NCBI GenBank assembly: GCA_037441345.1
Contig: JBBISJ010000001.1
Span: 67,660-131,659, forward strand
Direction of reading: 5' to 3'
DNA length: 64,000 nucleotides
DNA from: Chloroflexota bacterium
Lineage (GTDB): Bacteria > Chloroflexota > Dehalococcoidia > SM23-28-2 > RBG-16-64-32
Under the pieces are notes generated by a model. It was not told the origin of the DNA, did no database searches, and was given only the letters and a program-made list of their open reading frames with translations. The translations under genes were made by a program, and so were the position numbers. Of this stretch, positions 48,963 through 59,800 are shown piece by piece (within the stretch, counting starts at the first letter, position 1; every line of letters begins with the position of its first letter).

Positions 48963-51586
48963 CCAGGGCTGTCTCCGCCGAAACGAAGCGTGGCGATCTC
49001 GTTCGGCTTGAGCGACAACCTACCCGAGCCCGCGGGCTGGTCGTTCTCCTCGTTCAGGTCAACACGCTGCACCGGCCCGTGCAGGTCCTCGAAGGCAACC
49101 GTTGCTTCGACGGGCCCGCCGGCGATGTTGTACAACCGGACGATGACTGCGTCGTCATCCTCCGCCAGCTTGAGCGTCGACAGCACGAGCTCCGGGCGGT
49201 CGACCGCAAGCAACGAGTCCTCAGACGGCAGATTGCCTGTCCCCCCGGCCACTCGAACAGCGCGCAACGGCCGCGCGAAGCGGTGCGCCGCGGCGAACGC
49301 CGTCTCCCAGCCTCCCTCGTGAGGGATGATCGAGTACTCGAACCGCCAGCGCCCGGGCATCTGCGCTCCCGGCGTGTACATCCCCGGCCCAGCGTGGCCC
49401 GGCCGCTCTGGCAGGTCATCGCGCGAAAGCCATGACACGCAGCGGAGGAGGGTGAGGGCGAGCGTCGCCGTGCCGTCCGCTTCTGTTAGTACTTCGTACT
49501 CCGGCAGGCCTCGGTTCGCGATCATCAGGGCGTGCTCGCCGTCGCTGAGGTCGGTGAAGGACTTCTGCGGGTGGGTGTTGACCGGCTGCTCGTACCAGGT
49601 TGAGTCGTAATCCACCGGCGCCGTCGGTCGCTTAAGGACGCCGAAGTGCTGCTCCGCGTGCGAATACTCGCTGACAACGCCGGAGGGGAAGAGGACACGC
49701 AGACGGTGGTCTTCGGCCGGGTTGTCGACCTCGGTTTCGATGTCGATCCGAGGGACACCGGGGTAGAGTCGGACGCGGCTCACAATCTCGCAACCCACGT
49801 GCTCACCCGATCGCGATCGCCGGTCCGCGGATAGCCGCGCCGGGAGCGAGTACGTCTGGCGGACCTCCAGGATCCAGCGGGCGGGCCCCGACTCTGTCAC
49901 GCGCACGGCCACGGGGCGCGCAGGCGCGCGGACAGTCTCATCGTTCTCCGGCGGCGAATAGGTGTACTCGTCGCCGCGCTCGCCGCCGTCCTCGAGGCGA
50001 TTGAGGCCGGCCAGGGTGCGCCCGGTCCGCCTGTCGCGTACGGTGAGGGTGCCGTCAGACTCACCAGTGACCCGGAAGAACTCGTTCTCGATCGTCTCAG
50101 CGTCGCCAGGGACAGGCTGCGTCCCAGCCCCATGTTCTGGAGGTGACCCGTAGCGCACGGTAAACGCCTTGTAGCCGAAGCCGGGCACCTGCGGCGCGAC
50201 GCACCCGGCCAGCACGCGCTCACGCCTGTCGACCGGCGAGTGCAGGCCGCGCTCGATCACCTGGATCGGAATCCGGTCTCCGGCCGCGTCTTCCAGGTGC
50301 GTCGGCACGCCGTGGTCGCCGACGATGAGCCGCACGGTGCAGAAATCGGTGCGCGGGCCGTTCTCCGGGTTGAACACGACCACGGTTTCTTGTTCGGGCT
50401 TCGCCGCGCGCCGTCCCAGACCCCGCTCGTACTCCCCGAGCAACGACTCCGCGATCTGCTCCACCTTGTCGTACCGCAGGCCGACGTCTTCGTATACGGC
50501 GTCCACAGAGCAGCCGGTGACCGAGTCGTGCGGCCCGTTCTGGAGAAGGAGCTTCCACGCGTGCTGGAGCAGGGCGCGGTCGGACGCGGTGCGGCTGTCG
50601 TCCTCCCTGGCGCCGCGCAGTAGGTGCGCCCACACGACGATCGGCTCGGCGTAGCGGGCGAGCAGGTCCTCGCAAAGCACCTGCCGCTGCTTCAGCCAGA
50701 TGCGGGTCGAGAGCACACCAGCGAGGATGTTCGAGCGTGAGCTTGAGCGGAACTCGCCGGTGACGCGCGGGAGGTTCCGGTACTTGCCTTCGAGTTCCTC
50801 CAGCACGGCCGCCACGAAGTCCGGGTATGTGCTGTGCTCCATCGACGCGTCAGGCATGACGGCGTTCGCCGTGCGGATGGCTCGCGAAAGCCCTTCACGG
50901 GCGGGCAGGTGGTCGGTGCCGTTCGGGACCAGGACGTGGCTCGTGGTGGCGTACGGTTCCAGCGCGGCGCGCATGTTCGCCAGCACGTTGCCGAGCGCCG
51001 ACTCGTCTTCCGGCACCTCCGACAGGTAGCTGTACCCGGCGGGCGTCGGGAAGTGCACGACCAGCACTTCTGACCCATCGGGCGCGGCCCAGCGGAACTC
51101 GCTGGTGCTGACCTCTCGGCCGACGCCGCGCCAGATGACGACCGCGTCGAGCCCGAATCCGCGCAGGACCGCCGGCAGGTGCGCGATGTGCCCGAAGGCG
51201 TCCGGCGAGTAGCCGACGTTCATCACGGCGCCGTACCGCCGGGCCGACCGGATTCCCACCATCAGGTTGCGGACCCACGTCTCGCCGCCGATCAGGAACT
51301 CGTCCGGCAGGATGTAGTTCGGCCCGGCGAGCAGGCGGCCTTCGCGCACCAGGCGTTCCACCGTCTCCCGCCTGTCTGGACGGATCTCCAGGTAATCGTC
51401 CAGGGGCGCCGTCTGGCCGTCCATGACGAAGTGCTTGAACTCCGGGTCGCGCTCCAGCAGGTCGATCAGGGCGTCCATCATCCGCACAAGCCGCGTCCGG
51501 AACGCCTCGAACGGCTGGTACCACTCGCGGTCCCAGTGCGTGTGGGACACGACCATGAAGGTGCGCTTTGCGGGTTGTGCTGTCAT
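48929..51586 (-). CDS. glycoside hydrolase family 38 alpha-mannosidase
   Basis: N-terminal VVSHTHWDREW, …GPNYILPDEF…, GH38 central and C-terminal domains. Confidence 0.85.
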   Translation of the reverse strand: MTAQPAKRTFMVVSHTHWDREWYQPFEAFRTRLVRMMDALIDLLERDPEFKHFVMDGQTAPLDDYLEIRPDRRETVERLVREGRLLAGPNYILPDEFLIGGETWVRNLMVGIRSARRYGAVMNVGYSPDAFGHIAHLPAVLRGFGLDAVVIWRGVGREVSTSEFRWAAPDGSEVLVVHFPTPAGYSYLSEVPEDESALGNVLANMRAALEPYATTSHVLVPNGTDHLPAREGLSRAIRTANAVMPDASMEHSTYPDFVAAVLEELEGKYRNLPRVTGEFRSSSRSNILAGVLSTRIWLKQRQVLCEDLLARYAEPIVVWAHLLRGAREDDSRTASDRALLQHAWKLLLQNGPHDSVTGCSVDAVYEDVGLRYDKVEQIAESLLGEYERGLGRRAAKPEQETVVVFNPENGPRTDFCTVRLIVGDHGVPTHLEDAAGDRIPIQVIERGLHSPVDRRERVLAGCVAPQVPGFGYKAFTVRYGSPPEHGAGTQPVPGDAETIENEFFRVTGESDGTLTVRDRRTGRTLAGLNRLEDGGERGDEYTYSPPENDETVRAPARPVAVRVTESGPARWILEVRQTYSLPARLSADRRSRSGEHVGCEIVSRVRLYPGVPRIDIETEVDNPAEDHRLRVLFPSGVVSEYSHAEQHFGVLKRPTAPVDYDSTWYEQPVNTHPQKSFTDLSDGEHALMIANRGLPEYEVLTEADGTATLALTLLRCVSWLSRDDLPERPGHAGPGMYTPGAQMPGRWRFEYSIIPHEGGWETAFAAAHRFARPLRAVRVAGGTGNLPSEDSLLAVDRPELVLSTLKLAEDDDAVIVRLYNIAGGPVEATVAFEDLHGPVQRVDLNEENDQPAGSGRLSLKPNEIATLRFGGDSPGHRHSGESRDP

Positions 51587-51601
51587 GTACCCCCCTTTGT
51601 G

Positions 51602-53092
51602 TCAGGTTGAAACCCGACTTCCGGCCTCCGCCGTCCCCCAGATCGGGCTGGTCATCGCCCAGACCACCTCGCCGCGCTCCGGCCGCCCGCGGTATCCGCG
51701 CAGCTCGGCGCGTACGTACTTCCGCCCGGTCATGTCCAGCGTGAACTCGACGCGCGCGTCGTCTTGATCGATTGGAATGATGTCGATTGGTTCGCCGTCC
51801 GCCACCACCCACAGGCGCCGGTCCCGCCCGGCGGTGACACACACACGGAACCGGACCCTGCCGGCGACTTCGTCACCGATCATCTTCTCGAAGCGGCCGT
51901 CTGCGTCCTCGTCCGCCACCAGCGTCAGTCGCGTCGGCGCTCGCGGCGAATCGGTGATGAAGGTTCGTCCGGCGCGGATCGCTTCCAGTACGCCGCCCTC
52001 GGTTGCCTCGCTGGCGTAGACCCACGTCGTCGGCTCGGCCAGACCGTGCGGATGGCGCGGCTCGGCCGGCGGGATGGAGTGGACGTCGGAGCCGCCGACC
52101 GCGACTACGCGGTTGCCGCGGTTGAGGAGGCCGTCCCAGTGCTCCAGTGATTCCCAGTTGAAGAAGCGCCACGGCGCCTGCCACACCTCCATGCAGTCGA
52201 ACCCCACCCAACCCTTGAACAGCCACGGTGGCCCGACGCACTTGGCGTGGTTGATCGAGAAAAGGGCGTCGCGCCGTCGCAGGTATTCCCGGACTCCCGC
52301 CATCGCGTCCTCATCAGCGCAGCGGTATTCGACCCACTCGCGCAGGCCCCAGGTATTGGCGTGGCCCCAGTACGTCGTCACCTCTTCTCCCGGTACAAGG
52401 ACGATCGGCAGGGAGGACAGGGAGTCCATCTCGTTGTGATGGGTGTTCGTGTTGTGGTCGGTGATTGCGAGGAAGTCCAGGCCGAGTTCGATCGCGTGCT
52501 CGACGATCTCCCGCACGGTGTTGAGTCCGTCCGAGTGCACCGTATGGCAATGGAGGTCGCCCTTCAGCCAGCGGCCCTCGCCCGGCCTTGCGACTTCGGC
52601 GCGGGCCACGCTCGCCGGCTCGCCTGCACCCGCGGGATCCGGCAGGTCAAACCCAGATCCTCGTGGGTCAGGGCCCCAGCCCTGAGAGCCGCCATCCAAC
52701 TCGATCCGCACTGTCACTTCGTAGCGCGCGCCGTGCGGCTCCAGCCGCGCCATGCCCAGCATGATGTTCCACTCGCCGGGAAATAGGGCGCCCCTGATAT
52801 AGCCCGGCGTCGCCTCGTCCTCGGCGATGAAGAACTCGGACCGTGCACCGCCGCTCCAGCCGCGGAAACCCTGCGCTTCCAGGAAGCTGTGGCCGCGCGA
52901 GTCGAAGATGCCGATGTCGACGGTGTTTCCCGGGCCCATGCCGAAAGGTGCTGTTACCGGGTCCGTGTATTCGTACGCCACGCGAATCCGGCTTGCCCCG
53001 CGTGGGACGCTGAACGGGAGGTAGATGTACGGGTCCCGCCGCGCCTGTTCGGCCGTCACGCGCCCCGCGAGTTGGATCGTCTGCTCCTTCAT
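51602..53092 (-). CDS. PHP-domain metallohydrolase (CehA/McbA-like)
   Basis: GDLHCHTVHSDG…AITDHN PHP motifs; start set at MKEQTIQ (53092); candidate ATGs at 53110/53119 would abut or overlap nagA start. Confidence 0.65.
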   Translation of the reverse strand: MKEQTIQLAGRVTAEQARRDPYIYLPFSVPRGASRIRVAYEYTDPVTAPFGMGPGNTVDIGIFDSRGHSFLEAQGFRGWSGGARSEFFIAEDEATPGYIRGALFPGEWNIMLGMARLEPHGARYEVTVRIELDGGSQGWGPDPRGSGFDLPDPAGAGEPASVARAEVARPGEGRWLKGDLHCHTVHSDGLNTVREIVEHAIELGLDFLAITDHNTNTHHNEMDSLSSLPIVLVPGEEVTTYWGHANTWGLREWVEYRCADEDAMAGVREYLRRRDALFSINHAKCVGPPWLFKGWVGFDCMEVWQAPWRFFNWESLEHWDGLLNRGNRVVAVGGSDVHSIPPAEPRHPHGLAEPTTWVYASEATEGGVLEAIRAGRTFITDSPRAPTRLTLVADEDADGRFEKMIGDEVAGRVRFRVCVTAGRDRRLWVVADGEPIDIIPIDQDDARVEFTLDMTGRKYVRAELRGYRGRPERGEVVWAMTSPIWGTAEAGSRVST

Positions 53093-53117
53093 CGTCCTCG
53101 CCGGTATCATAAGCCGC

Positions 53118-54281
53118 ATGGCAGGGAAGACGCTCCTCCGCGGCGGTACGGTCGTTCTTCCCGGCGGCCGCGTCGAGCCTGGGGACGTCCTGGTCGAAGA
53201 CGACGTAATTCGCGCCGTCGGACAGGATCTTCCCACCGCGCAAGCCGACGACATCGTTGACCTCGGTGGCCTGACGCTGGCGCCCGGCTTCATCGACGTT
53301 CACGTCCACGGCGGCGGCGGCTTCTCACTGATCACGACCAGCCCAGAGCAGATCCGCGAATACGCGCGCTGGGTCGTGTCACGGGGCGTCACGTCCTTCC
53401 TCGCCACGGTCTGCGCCGATTCGATTGAGGCTGGGCTCGAATGCGTCCGTGCTGCCGCCGCGGTTGTTGGCCCGGTTGATGGCGGCGCTACACTCCTCGG
53501 CGTGAACCTCGAAGGCCCGTTCGTCTCCCCGGACCGGCGGGGCGCGCTGCCGCCCGCCTGGCTCGCGGCGCCCGACCTGCAGATGCTGGGGCGGTTCCTC
53601 GCCGCCGGCGTGGGTGCCATCCGCCTGATGACTGTGGCGCCGGAGCTTCCGGGTGCAGATGCCGCCATCCGCGCGCTACTCGACGCGGGCGTGCGCGTCG
53701 CGGTCGGCCACACCGACGCGAAATACGACCAGGCACTGGCAGCCTTCGAGGCCGGTGCCTCCCACGTTACGCACGCCTTCAACGCCATGCGCCCGCTTCA
53801 CCACCGCGAGCCGGGCCCGATCGGCGCCGCCCTCGACTCACCCGGCGTGACCGTCGAGGTGATCGCAGACGGCGTGCACCTCCACCCGGCGGTGGTTGGT
53901 CTGCTGGTCCGCGCATTCGGGACTGAACGCGTATGCCTCGTTACCGATGCCGTGCTCCCGGCCGGACTCGGTTCCGGCACGTTCGATATCGGCGGCGAGA
54001 GCGCCACCCTCCATGGCGGATCGATCAGGCTGCCGGACGGCACAATCGCAGGCAGCGCGGCGACGATGGATGTCGTGGTCCGCAACCTGGTCGAGTGGGG
54101 GACGGCGAGCCTGGGTGGTGCCATCGCGATGGCATCTGCGACGCCGGCCTTGGCCCTTGGTCTGGGCGGCCGGAAGGGCGCCATCGCGCCGGGGTACGAC
54201 GCCGACCTGGTCGCGCTCGATGCCGGGCTGAAGGTAGACGCCACGTGGGTGGCGGGACAGCTCGTCTACAGGCAGCAGTGA
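53118..54281 (+). CDS. nagA: N-acetylglucosamine-6-phosphate deacetylase
   Basis: start MAGKTLLRGG; GFIDVHVHGGGG, amidohydrolase metal ligands. Confidence 0.85.
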   Translation: MAGKTLLRGGTVVLPGGRVEPGDVLVEDDVIRAVGQDLPTAQADDIVDLGGLTLAPGFIDVHVHGGGGFSLITTSPEQIREYARWVVSRGVTSFLATVCADSIEAGLECVRAAAAVVGPVDGGATLLGVNLEGPFVSPDRRGALPPAWLAAPDLQMLGRFLAAGVGAIRLMTVAPELPGADAAIRALLDAGVRVAVGHTDAKYDQALAAFEAGASHVTHAFNAMRPLHHREPGPIGAALDSPGVTVEVIADGVHLHPAVVGLLVRAFGTERVCLVTDAVLPAGLGSGTFDIGGESATLHGGSIRLPDGTIAGSAATMDVVVRNLVEWGTASLGGAIAMASATPALALGLGGRKGAIAPGYDADLVALDAGLKVDATWVAGQLVYRQQ

Positions 54282-54310
54282 TATCATCGGCCGCGATGGA
54301 GGCAGAGCGC

Positions 54311-54538
54311 ATGTCAGACGATGACGCCAGGCGGATCCTTGTACGAAACAACGGGCCGCTGAGGGTATACGGCGGGATCAAGCTGGTCGACGCCAACGGA
54401 GTGGAGTTTGCGGTTCCCGGGGGCGAGTGGTACGTGCTCTGCAGATGCGGTCATTCCAGCGAAAAGCCGTTCTGCGACGGCACCCACAAGAAGATCGAAT
54501 TCGACGCCCCCAGCGACGCGACCCTGCCCCGGGAATAA
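54311..54538 (+). CDS. CDGSH iron-sulfur domain protein
   Basis: CRCGHSSEKPFCDGTH; GGAGG SD 8 nt upstream. Confidence 0.75.
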   Translation: MSDDDARRILVRNNGPLRVYGGIKLVDANGVEFAVPGGEWYVLCRCGHSSEKPFCDGTHKKIEFDAPSDATLPRE

Positions 54539-54582
54539 CGCCGGCGGGCATTCCGGTCATTCGGATACCTATAAGTAGGTAT

Positions 54583-54612
54583 TGATTGCCCGTTCGTGGC
54601 GTTCCTATAATT
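54583..54612 (+). promoter_or_regulatory. sigma70-like promoter
   Basis: TTGATT-17 nt-CTATAAT ~45 nt upstream of zinc-ribbon gene. Confidence 0.5.
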
Positions 54613-54658
54613 TGCGCCAGCCTACGCCCCGGTTACATAACAGCCACAGGAGTCGCCC

Positions 54659-55021
54659 GTGCCCTACATAGACCGCCCGCTTACCTGCCGCCAGTGCGGC
54701 AATCCGTTCACGTTCACAGCCGGCGAGCAGAGCTTCTACGCCGAGCGCGGCCTCCAGAATGTGCCGGCCCGCTGTCCATCGTGCCGCGATTCCCGCCGCC
54801 AGGGGGCCTCGCCCGGTGAGGGCTACGTCCGCTACGGCGCGTTCGCCAGCTTCGGCGGGCGCACGCCGCGCCAGATGCACCCTGCCACCTGCGCCAGTTG
54901 CAACCAGTTGACCGAGGTCCCGTTCGCTCCCAAGGGCGACCGCCCCGTCTACTGCTCTGAGTGCTTCGCGTCCCTCCGCGCCCCCGCCCCCGCACCGGTG
55001 CGCCGCGTGGCCGGCGCGTAA
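54659..55021 (+). CDS. zinc-ribbon domain protein (two CxxC…CxxC pairs)
   Basis: GTG start; CRQCGNPFTFTAGEQSFY…CPSC and CASC…CSEC. Confidence 0.6.
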   Translation: MPYIDRPLTCRQCGNPFTFTAGEQSFYAERGLQNVPARCPSCRDSRRQGASPGEGYVRYGAFASFGGRTPRQMHPATCASCNQLTEVPFAPKGDRPVYCSECFASLRAPAPAPVRRVAGA

Positions 55022-55110
55022 CGCTAGACGTAACAACAAATCGTTTGACGCTCATAGGATTTGCGCCGGATACTGGGTTGAGCATTACGACGCACTGAAG
55101 GGAGACAGCC

Positions 55111-56379
55111 ATGTCCATGTTTGGGGCATTATCTCTGCGTACCTCCGTCATTCCCGCGCTGGCTTTGCTTGCTGTCGCTGCCGCCGTGCTGGCGCTCGGC
55201 AACGGCCGTGAAGCGCGTGGCCAGGCCACCAGCCCACTCGCCTACATCTCGAACACCGGGTCCGACGAAGTGTGGGTTGTCGATATCGACGCCCAGGCCG
55301 TCGTTGACGTGGTGGATGTCGGCGACGACCCCCGCGGGATTGATATCACCCCCGATAACAGCAGGGTCTACGTCGCGAACCGATTCGATAACACGATCAG
55401 CGTGATCGATACCTCCACGAACACCGCACTGGCGCCAATCGATCTCGGGGCCAGTCCGACCGTAACGGCGACAGAGCCCTACGATGTCGTGGTAAGCGCC
55501 GATGGGAGTTACTTGTATGTCGCGATGAAGAACGGCGGCAGCGAGAACGGCGACGGGACAGTCGTCGTCGTGGATCTCCCGGCTGGCACTGTGCTTGCGG
55601 AGGAGGTGCTCGACTCGGCAGCCTCCCCGGAAGGCATCGCCGTGACACCTGATGGTCAGAAAGTGTACGTTGCCGCCCGCGGACCAATGTACGTTGTCGA
55701 CGTTTCTAACCCGGCTAGCCCCAACTTCACGGGCACCACTGGCCTTGCCGAACGGGAGCTCGTTGTGTCCCCCGACGGCGCCTGGGTCTACTCTGATGGC
55801 AACGTGATTCGCACCAGCGACGACCTCGCATTTGCTCTGAGCGACGTCATCGGCGTGCGCGGCGTCGCCATTTCGCCCGATGGGCTGACGCTCTATTGTA
55901 CGGACGATGACAGCTCCGTCGGGGTTCTCGGTGTGACTGCGGGCAACCCCCCGGATGCCACTTACAACCAGGTCATTACCGATGGGTCTCTGTTCGAGGC
56001 GTACGGCATTGACCTGACGGACGAAGGCGACAGGGGCGTCGTGTCGTTCCGGGGCAGCGATGCGGTGCGGATCTTCGACACGGCCACGAACACGTTTATC
56101 GGCTCGGCCATCGATATGCTCTTTCCGGCGGAACAGCGTGACGGTGACGAGCCGAAGCAGCTGGTGATCTCCCACACCATTCAGCCGACCGCAACGCCGA
56201 GTCCCACGCCGGTCGATGTCGGCGCCGGCGGTCAGGCCCCGTCGCCAACGCCGGCACAACTCCCCGAGACAGGAGGCTCAGGTGCGGACGGCGGCTCTGC
56301 CTGGCTGGTCGCGATGATCGCCGGGGCGATTGCCGCAGCTGCAGGCGCGGGTTCGTTTGCCCTGCTGCGCCGCCGGTAG
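55111..56379 (+). CDS. LPXTG-anchored surface protein with YVTN-type beta-propeller repeats
   Basis: signal peptide; repeated …VYVAN/…YVA… blades; C-terminal LPETGG + hydrophobic segment + RRR sortase signal. Confidence 0.75.
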   Translation: MSMFGALSLRTSVIPALALLAVAAAVLALGNGREARGQATSPLAYISNTGSDEVWVVDIDAQAVVDVVDVGDDPRGIDITPDNSRVYVANRFDNTISVIDTSTNTALAPIDLGASPTVTATEPYDVVVSADGSYLYVAMKNGGSENGDGTVVVVDLPAGTVLAEEVLDSAASPEGIAVTPDGQKVYVAARGPMYVVDVSNPASPNFTGTTGLAERELVVSPDGAWVYSDGNVIRTSDDLAFALSDVIGVRGVAISPDGLTLYCTDDDSSVGVLGVTAGNPPDATYNQVITDGSLFEAYGIDLTDEGDRGVVSFRGSDAVRIFDTATNTFIGSAIDMLFPAEQRDGDEPKQLVISHTIQPTATPSPTPVDVGAGGQAPSPTPAQLPETGGSGADGGSAWLVAMIAGAIAAAAGAGSFALLRRR

Positions 56380-56401
56380 ACAGCACCTTTCGCTCGAGTA
56401 A

Positions 56402-56442
56402 TCAGGGCGCGGGGCCCGGGTCCCGCGCCCTGCCATTTTGCG
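56402..56442 (+). terminator. intrinsic terminator after LPXTG gene
   Basis: AGGGCGCGGG-gcccgggt-CCCGCGCCCT followed by GCCATTTTGC. Confidence 0.5.
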
Positions 56443-56479
56443 GGCTTGAATCACCCCGGTTCTCCGGATACACTGCACA

Positions 56480-56790
56480 CAATTCGAATACAAAGGCGAA
56501 GACAGAGACGAGTACGGCGCAAATCGTCCGTTCAGCGAGTCCGGGGTGGTGCAAGCCGGACACGGAACGAGCGCCCGAAGATCCCTCCCGAGCCGCCGAC
56601 CGAAACCCGAACGGGGAGTAGACTCGGCCGGAAGCCCCCGTTAACAGAGGCAGGCGTATCGCTGACAGCAGCAAGGAGCCAGAAGCCGTACGCTGGGTTG
56701 AGAGCGCTCCGCCGAAAGCGGAGTGAACATGGGTGGTACCGCGAGCCAACAGGCCCGTCCCTTGGGGACGGGTTTTTTCGTTGGGCCGTC
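56480..56790 (+). promoter_or_regulatory. T-box riboswitch leader of ileS
   Basis: T-box sequence AACATGGGTGGTACCGCGAG at 56725-56744 (UGGU matching discriminator A) and terminator CCGTCCC-TTGG-GGACGG-GTTTTTT at 56753-56779. Confidence 0.7.
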
Positions 56791-56811
56791 GTGCCGCGAG
56801 GAGCGAACAGG

Positions 56812-59800
56812 ATGTTCAAACCAGTTGATAGCAGGCAGAGCTTCCCGAAGCTCGAGGAGGAAGTCCTCCGCTTCTGGAAGGACAACGATATCTTCCGCAA
56901 GAGCGTCGACAGCCGCCCGAAAGACAGACTGTACGTCTTCTACGAAGGGCCGCCCACGGCCAACGGCGCCCCGGGCGTCCACCACGTCCTCTCCCGAGCC
57001 TTCAAGGACCTCTTCCCGCGCTACAAGACCATGCGTGGCTACCGCGTCCCCCGCAAAGCGGGCTGGGACACCCACGGCCTGCCCGTCGAACTCCAGGTCG
57101 AGCGCGAACTGGGACTCAAGAGCAAGCCCGAGATTGAAGAGTTCGGCATCGAGGAGTTCAACCGCCGCTGCCGCGAGAACGTCTTCCGCTACGTCAAGGA
57201 CTGGGAGGCGCTCACCGAGCGCATGGCCTTCTGGGTGGACCTGGACGACGCCTACATCACCTACGACAACGAGTACATCGAGTCCGTCTGGTGGTTTGTC
57301 CGGAACCTCTGGGACAACGGCCTCCTGTACCTGGACTATCGCTCCACGCCCCACTGCCCGCGCTGCGGCACCTCGCTGTCTGATGCGGAGGTTGCTCTCG
57401 GCTACAAGGAGGACACGCCGGACCCCAGCATCTACCCCATGTTCCGCCTGACCGACCAGGCGTTGCAGTCCCTCTCATCCGGGGGTCAGGGCCCCAGCCC
57501 TGACCGGCCCGCCTGCATCCTCGCCTGGACCACCACGCCCTGGACCCTGCCCGGCAACACCGCCCTCGCCGTTGACCCGTCCTCCGAATACGCCGTATTC
57601 GACCTCGGTGGCAAGCAGATCATCCTCGCTGCCGCTCGTGCGGAGGAGATGCCGGAAGAAGCAACGCGCCTGGGGTCCGTCCGCGGCAGTGACCTCGTGG
57701 GCCTGAAATACGAGCCACTTTTCGAGCCGGAGGCCTGGGGCGTGCAGGCGATGACGTTCGACCGCGCGCAGTCCGGGCGGCTCGTCCCGGCGAAGGTCGC
57801 CGAGGTGGAGGCGGCATACACGATCCTGCCCGGCGGCTTCGTTTCCATGGAGGACGGCACGGGCGTCGTCCACATCGCGCCGGCGTTCGGCGGCGAGGAC
57901 TTCCAGCTCGGCAAGGACAACGGCCTGCTCTTCTTCCAGCCCGTCGACCTGCATGGCTGCATGCCCCAGGGCTCGCCGTGGGCCGGTCAGTTCGTGAAGG
58001 ACGCCGATGCTGCGATCACGGCCGACCTGACGGAGCGCGGACTGATGCTCCGAAGCGGCACGATCAAGCACACCTACCCGTTCTGCTGGCGCTGTGACAC
58101 GCCGCTCCTCTACTACGCCAAGCCCACCTGGTATGCCCGCACCACCGCCGTCAAAGAGAGCCTTATCGCCGGAAACGACCGCATCAACTGGTTTCCGGAA
58201 CACATCAAGACCGGCCGTTTCGGCGACTGGCTCCGCAATAACATCGACTGGGCGCTCTCCAGGGAGCGCTACTGGGGCACGCCGCTCCCCATCTGGCAAT
58301 GCACGTCATGCGGCGATCACGCCGTGATCGGATCGCGTGCGGACATGCGCGAGCGTGCCGTGGACCCGGCCGCGGTGGACGCCCTCCAGGACTTTCACCG
58401 CCCCTACATCGACGCCATCGAGCTGAAGTGCGGCGGGTGTGGTGGGGCGATGAAGCGCCTGCCGGAGGTTATGGACGCGTGGCTCGATTCGGGCGCCATG
58501 CCCTTCGCGCAATGGCACTACCCGTTCGAAAACCAGGACAGGTTCCGAGAGATGTTCCCGGCAGACTTCATCTGCGAGGCCGTGGACCAGACCCGCGGCT
58601 GGTTCTACACGCTCCACGCCGAGGCCGTCTTGCTGCACCGGACGGAGCAGGCCTCCGAGAACCTCTGCTACCGCAACGTCATTTGCCTGGGGCACATCCT
58701 CGACGATAAGGGCCGCAAGATGAGCACGTCGCTCGGCAACGTCGTCGAGCCGATGCCCGTCATGGACCACCACGGCTCCGACGCGCTGCGCTGGTACCTG
58801 TACACCGCCACGCGCCCGGGCGAGCCACGCCGCTTCTCCGACCAGCTCGTCGCCGAGTCGTTGCGGCGTTTCCTGCTGACGTACTGGAACACGTACAGCT
58901 TCTTTGTCACCTACGCCAACCTCGATGGCTTCGACCCGGCCGCTCCTTCCGCTCATCCTGGGGTATCGAAGGATGACCTCAGCGAGCTGGACCGCTGGGT
59001 GTTGTCCGAGCTGAACAATCTTGTCCAGCGGGTCACCGAGAACCTCGAGCACTACGACCCGACAACCGCCGGCCGCCTCGTCCAGGACTTCGTGGACGAC
59101 CTTTCCAACTGGTACGTCCGGCGCAGCCGCCGCCGCTTCTGGCGCGGTGAACTCGACGCGGATAAGCTCGCCGCCTACCGCACGTTATACACCTGCCTCA
59201 TCACGGTCGCGAAGCTGCTGGCCCCGTTCACGCCCTTCTTGGCCGAGGCGGTCTACCAGAACCTCGTCCGCTCGGCCGACGCCGCCGCGCCCGAATCCGT
59301 GCACCTCTGCGAATGGCCCGAAGCCGACACGGCGCTGATCGACGAGCGGTTGATGGCGGACACGCGGCTGGTCATGCGGGCGAGCAGCCTTGTGCGCGCC
59401 GCGCGCCAGAAGGCGCAGATGAAGGTGCGTCAGCCGCTGGCGTCGGCGACCGCCTTCGTTCTCACGACCCAGCAGAAGCAGGCGCTGGAGCGCCTGGCAG
59501 ACCAGGTCGTGGAGGAGACGAACGTCAAGGAGCTCCGCGTCAAGGCCCTGGTGGAGGAGTTCAAGACGACATATGAACGGCCCGGCGACCTATTGAAACT
59601 GGTCGGGGACGGACACGCCATAGCCGAGGATGACGCCGGCTATGCCGTGGCAGTGGATACCCGGCTTTCGGAGGAACTGCGCGACGAAGGGCTCTCCCGC
59701 GAACTGGTGCACCGCATCCAGAACCTGCGCAAGGCTGCCGGCTTCGAGATCTCAGACCGTATCGTGGTGTACTACAGCGGATCGGATCGGCTCGGCCGCG

